A DNA stretch of 64,000 bases. Source: an uncultured Candidatus Saccharibacteria bacterium (GTDB lineage: Bacteria; Patescibacteriota; Dojkabacteria; SC72). Below are positions 58,270-64,000 of this stretch, piece by piece. Position 1 is the stretch's first letter. Each line of letters starts with the position of its first letter. The notes under the pieces are model-generated. The model was given only the letters and a program-made list of their open reading frames with translations. It was not told where the DNA came from and ran no database searches. The stretch covers positions 253,240-317,239 of the forward strand of contig CAZSUV010000001.1 of NCBI GenBank assembly GCA_964610125.1, in the 5' to 3' direction. The translations under genes and the position numbers were made by a program.

Positions 58270-58567
58270 GGAACAGTACCAAGAATTATCAGAAAAGTAT
58301 TCTAAAAAACAGAAAGAATTTGAAAGGAAACTGGCAAATCTACTAGATACAAATAAAGACTACTATGACACAGCTTGTGACATATTAGATTTAGCTTCAA
58401 GGGCATATGAACTGTATTTAGGTTCTGAACTTAATGAAAAAAGGGAGATTTTGAATTTACTATTTCAGAACCTGTATTTGAAAGATGAAAAGCTAGTCTA
58501 CAAGCTGAATAAACCGTTTGATAGTATACTCGTCTGCAATGATCGTCTTGAATGGCTCCCCGAGTAG
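58250..58567 (+). CDS. Small helical hypothetical protein
   Basis: 105 aa; overlaps the previous gene by 20 nt; its last 14 nt overlap tRNA-Asn. Confidence 0.35.
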   Translation: MNMRITREQYQELSEKYSKKQKEFERKLANLLDTNKDYYDTACDILDLASRAYELYLGSELNEKREILNLLFQNLYLKDEKLVYKLNKPFDSILVCNDRLEWLPE

Positions 58568-58629
58568 GATTCGAACCTACAACCGAACGGTTAACAGCCG
58601 TTTGCTCTACCATTGAGCTATCGAGGATT
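58554..58629 (-). tRNA. tRNA-Asn (GTT), CCA encoded
   Basis: Acceptor TCCTCGA/TCGGGGA; D-arm GCTC/GAGC; anticodon stem AACGG/CCGTT with loop CTGTTAA; T-arm GTAGG-TTCGAAT-CCTAC; discriminator G followed by CCA. Confidence 0.85.
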
Positions 58630-58674
58630 AACAACAACAGCTATTATATCCACTCAAACCCTATTCTGCAACAT

Positions 58675-59376
58675 CTATTTCTTTCTACTATTAGGATGTC
58701 TTGTACCTAATTGCATACGAATATATGCTCCAGAACCATGGGATGCACTACTAGGAACATCATAAGGGATTGGGGTAATAACAATAGCAGCACCATTAGA
58801 GAGTATTACTTTATTATCAACACTATTGCTATTTTCTGTTTGATTCTTAATTCTTGCTATTTCATTGTTAATATCATCTAAGAGCTGGAATACCTTAGTA
58901 TCTTTGTTTTTTGTAAGTCTTAAATCCCATATATTAAACCAATCCGACTTAGATTCTAATGTATACAAATATCCACCTATTGATGGGAATTGTGCTGATA
59001 TTCCATTATTCTCCGTAGGAAGGTTTCTTTGAGTTGCAAAAAATCTTGTTCTTGTGCTATCCAATGGTAAATCTTCATTACATTCATCCTTTTCTAAGTA
59101 CCAATTTACAGAATCAATTGTTACTTGATCAAAACATTTCCCATATTCTCGCATTAAAGCCTCTGTCCCTGACATATATTTATCTGTTACTGCATTCATC
59201 TGTTCCGTAATTTCTGGCCTTTGCCATATTGGTACGAATCTATGCTTAAATGGTTCTTCTACATAAGGTTCTTCGCTTGAAGGAACATTAATAATTGGTC
59301 CAGTGGAGGTTTCGGTTCTAGTAATAGATTCTTCTTGCTTAGTTGGCTCTTGAGGATCTAGTTGTGAGTCTGGCAT
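58675..59376 (-). CDS. Hypothetical protein
   Basis: 233 aa. Confidence 0.4.
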   Translation of the reverse strand: MPDSQLDPQEPTKQEESITRTETSTGPIINVPSSEEPYVEEPFKHRFVPIWQRPEITEQMNAVTDKYMSGTEALMREYGKCFDQVTIDSVNWYLEKDECNEDLPLDSTRTRFFATQRNLPTENNGISAQFPSIGGYLYTLESKSDWFNIWDLRLTKNKDTKVFQLLDDINNEIARIKNQTENSNSVDNKVILSNGAAIVITPIPYDVPSSASHGSGAYIRMQLGTRHPNSRKK

Positions 59377-59462
59377 AAATATATATAACCCTAAAATTAT
59401 ATTTGCTCTCTTTGTATTACCAATATATCATTAAATATATATAACTTGTAAGGGTAAAGAAT

Positions 59463-60065
59463 ATGGACAAAAAGATCATACAAGTATCATTTGTAGGAAT
59501 GGATCCTACTGAGGCATTAAAGAAATATGCTCTAGAGAAGATATTAAAGAAGGAAAACCTCTTAGAAGAAGCAACAAAAGTAGAGGTGGTATTAAAGGAA
59601 CAAACATACAGTAGAGGTATAGAAAATGATTTTAGAGTAAATATTGATGTATATCTTCCCAAAGCATTGGTAAGAGTAGAGGAAAATGGTCCTGAGATGT
59701 ATGCAAATATAGATAAAGCAACAGATGTATTGTTTAGAAGGTTGAAACGATACAACGATCAAAAAGCACACTGGGAAGGACAAGAATCATGGAGAGTACT
59801 AGAAGCCGAGGTAGCTCAACAATCACTCTCTAATGGGCCTGAGATCGATTTAGAAGACTATACCGACTATGTACCTAAGATAGCTAAGAGGAAGATAGCA
59901 GATGATATGTCTCCACTTGAAGAGGGAGAGGCTATAGAGCGGATGGAACTAATGGGATATGATCAATACCTATTTAGAAGTAAAAAGACAAACAAAATAT
60001 CAATGATATATAGAAGAAAGCATGGAGGATATGGTTTGGTGGAACCACCTGATGATCTAGTATAA
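59463..60065 (+). CDS. hpf: Ribosome hibernation promoting factor (long HPF/RaiA)
   Basis: 200 aa; N-terminal S30AE fold pattern plus C-terminal dimerisation extension. Confidence 0.8.
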   Translation: MDKKIIQVSFVGMDPTEALKKYALEKILKKENLLEEATKVEVVLKEQTYSRGIENDFRVNIDVYLPKALVRVEENGPEMYANIDKATDVLFRRLKRYNDQKAHWEGQESWRVLEAEVAQQSLSNGPEIDLEDYTDYVPKIAKRKIADDMSPLEEGEAIERMELMGYDQYLFRSKKTNKISMIYRRKHGGYGLVEPPDDLV

Positions 60066-60076
60066 TATGGATTAAC

Positions 60077-60108
60077 AAAAAAGGAGGCTTTAGGCCTCCT
60101 TTTCTTTT
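60077..60108 (+). terminator. Bidirectional intrinsic terminator between hpf and the convergent gene
   Basis: AAGGAGGC-ttta-GCCTCCTT hairpin flanked by A-run and T-run. Confidence 0.55.
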
Positions 60109-60123
60109 ACATATTCAATATAT

Positions 60124-60978
60124 TTATTTAGCTGTTAAGTTCTTAAATATATTTGCTGTAGTACTAAACAAGCCATACTTTGGTTTGCTTGTAGAGTTAT
60201 CCTGTACTTTGTAATCAGCTTTCTTTCCAGACAACCATGTAGCCTTATTATTGGATACCTGTTGCTGAACATAGAATGTTGTTGTTTGAGCTTTGTATGT
60301 GTCAAAGTCTAACTTTGCACCTGTTTCTAATGCAGCTGTTTCTGTTGGGAACATCTGAGCACTATATTGATTGAAGAAACTCTTCAGATCATCATCGGTA
60401 TATGTGATTGTAGGTGTAAGTAACTTTGTTGTTAAGATATCTAATTGAATTTCTTTCTTAAGCTCGACATCTGTTAAGTTGTTTGCCTTCAATGCTGCTT
60501 CATATTGTTCTTTTCCACCAAGACTTGTAATGATCTGATCTACTTGTGATTGAATCTCTTCATCAGATGCAGTTACCTTTGCTTTCTTAGCTTCCAATTT
60601 GATTATTTCATTTTCAATCAATTGTGTTGCTGCTGTTTGTCCATATGCCTGTTGTAGAAGCTTGTTCCACTCAGACTTAGAGATTCTTGTGCCATCAACA
60701 ATAGCTACACTGTAGTCATTGTTAAGGTATTGAACACCAAGATCAATTAATGCAAATGAACCAACGACTATCAATACAAGTCCGACAATCTTTAAAACTG
60801 TTTTTGAAGTTTTAGATTCCTTCATCTGAGCAAACATTTTTTTGAAATCTGGCATCTTTACCTTGATCTTAATATTTGAAAGATTTGGTTTCTTTACTAC
60901 AAATTTGACCTTTGCAGGTGCTATTGGGGCTTTTGTTTGAGGCTTTTTAGTAGAACTCTTTTTCTTATCTTTAGACAT
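60124..60978 (-). CDS. SurA-N-domain/PpiC-like periplasmic chaperone-like protein
   Basis: 284 aa; Lys-rich N-terminus, TM anchor, SurA_N-like helical region. Confidence 0.45.
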   Translation of the reverse strand: MSKDKKKSSTKKPQTKAPIAPAKVKFVVKKPNLSNIKIKVKMPDFKKMFAQMKESKTSKTVLKIVGLVLIVVGSFALIDLGVQYLNNDYSVAIVDGTRISKSEWNKLLQQAYGQTAATQLIENEIIKLEAKKAKVTASDEEIQSQVDQIITSLGGKEQYEAALKANNLTDVELKKEIQLDILTTKLLTPTITYTDDDLKSFFNQYSAQMFPTETAALETGAKLDFDTYKAQTTTFYVQQQVSNNKATWLSGKKADYKVQDNSTSKPKYGLFSTTANIFKNLTAK

Positions 60979-61049
60979 TGTAAGGACATATCTATGAATT
61001 TATTAATACCTAGTTTAGCAGAATATCCTGTAAGAGGAAAGGGGGAGAG

Positions 61050-62363
61050 TTATTGTAGGTGAAGGTATATTGAAACCATCCCATTGCTATGATGTACTTC
61101 GGCATATTTCCCACCACATACGGTTTCTGTTCCTGTAAATAGTTCGCCTGCCATAATAGGATATACGGTAGCTCCTTCATTTTTATATCCCCATGCATTT
61201 TGACTATATGAGACCATATCAATAGCGTTTCCTTGATGTTCTGTCTGTGTCATCAAAATGTAATTACCTGCTAGAGGAAGGCGTGTAGATCCTGAATACA
61301 GAAGTGGGGAATACCAGTTATCTGCAGACCAATATAAGAATGAATTACCACCTTTTCGAATATAACCATTAGAGAAAAGATTTATATCACTATAAAAATA
61401 TCCCCAACCTGAATATTTTTTACCACTATTTAAGCCAAAATGTAGATGGGAACCTTCTGAACAACCTGTGTTTCCCATTCTTCCAATCGCGTCTGAGGTC
61501 CCAACCCATCCTCTTTGTGCAATATTCCCAGGGTGATTATTGATCCATGTGATAATTGCTTTATCTAAATCCGACAATTTTTGCATATTTTGTTGGTATG
61601 CAGTAACTAACTGGGCCTCCTTTATTTTTGATTGTTCCAAAAGATTATTTTTTTCTATAACTTGAGAATTTAATGTGTTGTTTTGGTTATTCAAGTCCGT
61701 TTTTTCTGAAACAATAGCATCTTGTTTTGTTTGCAAGTCTGTTCTTTGAATGGAAAGCTCGTCCTCCTCTTTTTTTAATGCAGTTGCTTTTTGCGAATAG
61801 TCTTCTAACGAAGCAATATCTTGCGCCCTTGTAACCACTAAATATTTAGTTTTTCTTAAAATATTCGAAAAGCTTTTTGAGTCTAAAAATAGATCAAAGG
61901 GACTTAAGAAAGAATATTTATATGATTCTGTGATTCTTTGGTTCACAGTACTTTCTAGAACAGAGATTTCTTGTTTTAGAATAGAAATAGAATCGACTTT
62001 TTCTTGAATATCTTCTTCGAGAAGTTTTATTTCAACATTATGAGCGGCAATTTCAATTTCTAAGGATTTTATTAAATTCTCAGTCTGGGAAATTTGATTG
62101 TTAATATAAGAAATCTTTTCTTCTAGGGATAGCTGTTTGTATTGTTCATCATTTAACTGACTTTGAATTGTTCCTTGCTGTTTTTGTAATAAAGCAAGCT
62201 GGTCTCTTAAATAATTAACGCATGCCTGAGAGTTCGGATCCATCGAAGATGGGCATGAAGCTGCTGCGATAATTGGTTTATCCTTATACACCATCAACCC
62301 AATGAAAAAGGTAGCTAACAATATCGTAACCAAAGTTGTTGTTACTAACTTTTTAATATTCAT
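61050..62363 (-). CDS. Coiled-coil + M23 (LytM) peptidase, EnvC-like
   Basis: 437 aa; long coiled-coil; C-terminal M23 motifs GNTGCSEGSHLHFGL and SIYLHLQ; directly downstream of ftsX. Confidence 0.7.
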   Translation of the reverse strand: MNIKKLVTTTLVTILLATFFIGLMVYKDKPIIAAASCPSSMDPNSQACVNYLRDQLALLQKQQGTIQSQLNDEQYKQLSLEEKISYINNQISQTENLIKSLEIEIAAHNVEIKLLEEDIQEKVDSISILKQEISVLESTVNQRITESYKYSFLSPFDLFLDSKSFSNILRKTKYLVVTRAQDIASLEDYSQKATALKKEEDELSIQRTDLQTKQDAIVSEKTDLNNQNNTLNSQVIEKNNLLEQSKIKEAQLVTAYQQNMQKLSDLDKAIITWINNHPGNIAQRGWVGTSDAIGRMGNTGCSEGSHLHFGLNSGKKYSGWGYFYSDINLFSNGYIRKGGNSFLYWSADNWYSPLLYSGSTRLPLAGNYILMTQTEHQGNAIDMVSYSQNAWGYKNEGATVYPIMAGELFTGTETVCGGKYAEVHHSNGMVSIYLHLQ

Positions 62364-62365
62364 AT

Positions 62366-63292
62366 CTATTTCAAATATCTCTTCACAGCACTAAAACTAC
62401 TAACTACACCAAGAAGTGCACCAAACACTAGGTGAGAGACGTAGTATATAGGGAGGAAGATAATACTAGGAGTTCTTAAGAAATTTAAACCAAAATCAGA
62501 AAGCATCTGATTCAACCAAGTAGCAAAATCAGTACCTTGGGTATATGCAACAACAATATACCAAGGAATTATTATCAGGGATGCTGCCAAGAATCCACCA
62601 ACAAGACCGTAAAATGCTCCCTCTAAGATGAATGGAGTCTTTATGAAGGAGTTTGTAGAACCTACTAAGTTCATAATCTGAATCTCATCCTTATGTGCAT
62701 TGATATTAAAGCCAATGGTAATTCTAATGAGGAAGAATGAGATTATTAACAATCCGGATATCAAAACAATCGCACCAATATTTATAATTCTAGATAATGT
62801 CTTTAGATTATCAACTACATCCTTAAAATACATAATCTCGTCTATACTAGGGTTGGTATCCTTTTCTTTGTTTACATTAGTAATTACCTGAAGCAAGCCA
62901 TCAATATTGTATGCTCTAATCTCAAGGCTAGGGGGAAGTGAATCTGCTGTTACAGTGGATATTAAATCAGGATTATCAGCAAAGTCTAGCTTGTAAATTG
63001 ATAGGGCATCCTCTTGAGAGACATATTTAATATCCGATATGAGAGTAGGGTCGTAAAGCTTGTCTCTTAAGGTGAGGATATCTGCTTCTGAAGTGTCTTT
63101 TTGGAAGAAGATTATAACCTGGGATCTTTGTTCATAGTATTTAACTGCAACTCTACTTAATATTGCAGCACTTACAAAGAAAGAAGTTATAGCTAAAACA
63201 ATTGTGCTAACAAATATCGTAGCAAATGAAAGCCATCGGTTTCTTCTCACATTCTTTTTAGTTGTATCAAAGACTTTTGATGTTTTAGTCAT
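62366..63292 (-). CDS. ftsX: Cell-division ABC transporter permease FtsX
   Basis: 308 aa; 4 TM with large periplasmic loop; overlaps ftsE by 8 nt. Confidence 0.8.
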   Translation of the reverse strand: MTKTSKVFDTTKKNVRRNRWLSFATIFVSTIVLAITSFFVSAAILSRVAVKYYEQRSQVIIFFQKDTSEADILTLRDKLYDPTLISDIKYVSQEDALSIYKLDFADNPDLISTVTADSLPPSLEIRAYNIDGLLQVITNVNKEKDTNPSIDEIMYFKDVVDNLKTLSRIINIGAIVLISGLLIISFFLIRITIGFNINAHKDEIQIMNLVGSTNSFIKTPFILEGAFYGLVGGFLAASLIIIPWYIVVAYTQGTDFATWLNQMLSDFGLNFLRTPSIIFLPIYYVSHLVFGALLGVVSSFSAVKRYLK

Positions 63293-64000
63293 GTTTTTCT
63301 TTATTTAAATAATTTTTTACATATTTTTCTAAATCATCTTTTTGTTCATGTGAGAAATTTAAATTCCCCAAATCGGTATCTGTGAGATTCAAAACCATTT
63401 CCATATCAGCTATCTTAGCTTTCTCTAGAATTTCATTTATATCTTTACTTAAACCTTTAAATTTTTGATTTTTCTTTTCTTCGTCTTTCTTTTTGTCATC
63501 TTCTGTCTTCTTTGGAGTTTTGATTGTATCGTAGTCTCCATGGTTATCAGAGATTACCTTCCCTTTATCCATTCTTACGACTCTAGTTTTCATCTCATTA
63601 ACAATACCCCTGTCGTGGCTGATTATCATAACAGTAGTTCCACCTTTGTTTATCTTCTTTAATATATCTAACACTTGGAAAGCATTGTCGGGATCTAAGT
63701 TCCCAGTAGGTTCATCAGCTATGAATAGCTCTGGATTGTTGGCTAAAGCTCTAGCGATAGCGCCTCTTTGTTGTTCCCCGCCAGATAGCTGATGTGGGAA
63801 AAGATTTCTTCTATCCTGCAATCCAACTGTTTCAAGTAAATAATCGGTAGTTTCTTTAATCTCTTTATCTTCTTTTCCTAAGATATCTAAAGCAAAGTTA
63901 ATATTCTCCTCTAATGTTTTAGAGCTAAGTAATTTAATATCTTGGAATACTATTCCTAATCTTTGTCTGTATGTAGGTAATAGTTTGTTTGGAATGTTTG
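63285..64000 (-). CDS. ftsE: Cell-division ABC ATPase FtsE (5' partial; N-terminus beyond window end)
   Basis: ABC signature LSGGEQQR and Walker B FIADEPTGNLD; the frame stays open to the window end. Confidence 0.85.
   Translation of the reverse strand, partial: NIPNKLLPTYRQRLGIVFQDIKLLSSKTLEENINFALDILGKEDKEIKETTDYLLETVGLQDRRNLFPHQLSGGEQQRGAIARALANNPELFIADEPTGNLDPDNAFQVLDILKKINKGGTTVMIISHDRGIVNEMKTRVVRMDKGKVISDNHGDYDTIKTPKKTEDDKKKDEEKKNQKFKGLSKDINEILEKAKIADMEMVLNLTDTDLGNLNFSHEQKDDLEKYVKNYLNKEKHD

Noticed and set aside
50275-58629. Integrase/att-defined genomic island at tRNA-Asn
   Set aside because: No integrase gene and no direct repeat of the tRNA-Asn 3' end found by eye in 50.2-55.6 kb; the island status is contextual only.
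58431-58637. Minus-strand 68-aa ORF
   Set aside because: Corresponds to the tRNA-Asn sequence translated.
1-64000. CRISPR arrays, rRNA genes, IS/transposase genes
   Set aside because: No regularly spaced direct repeats, no rRNA-like conserved stretches, and no transposase/integrase-like ORFs were seen anywhere in the window.

Overview
The window is a low-GC (~33%), gene-dense bacterial fragment whose gene content resembles a reduced-genome (Patescibacteria/CPR-like) organism; that taxonomic placement is an inference and should be treated as low confidence. The inference rests on frequent short gene overlaps, weak Shine-Dalgarno sites, a type-2 (archaeal/eukaryotic-like) IleRS, a TsaC-TsaE fusion and membrane-anchored Cys-rich surface proteins. 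All ORFs read full-length under the standard code.

Housekeeping content includes recA-recX-recJ, enolase, thioredoxin, t6A genes (a tsaC-tsaE fusion plus tsaD), GluRS followed by tRNA-Gln, IleRS behind a T-box leader, mscL, rmuC, Hsp20, hpf, and an ftsE-ftsX-M23 operon. Seven tRNAs are present: Asp, Leu, Val-TAC, Val-CAC, Gln, Asn, plus the context around them.

Accessory content worth attention:
- Surface-protein locus (1713-8052): two paralogous signal-anchored Cys-rich proteins share a ~111-nt near-identical 5' tract. A 58-59-aa small-protein family, not in the ORF track, also occurs twice here, alongside a DUF2726 protein and a radical-SAM SplB-like gene.
- Defence cluster (50758-55272): winged-helix protein, C5 DNA methyltransferase, putative restriction endonuclease, and an OLD-family ATPase/TOPRIM nuclease.
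- Structured element (55375-55538): a ~165-nt run of five hairpins, followed by a five-gene cluster (membrane protein, alpha/beta hydrolase, mini-HAD, half-length ADP-ribosylglycohydrolase, helical protein) that ends at tRNA-Asn.
- Gene pair (44168-46442): an HhH/4-Cys-like protein and a ParB-fold protein with an HTH, next to an HhH-GPD glycosylase.

No CRISPR array, rRNA, integrase or transposase was seen.
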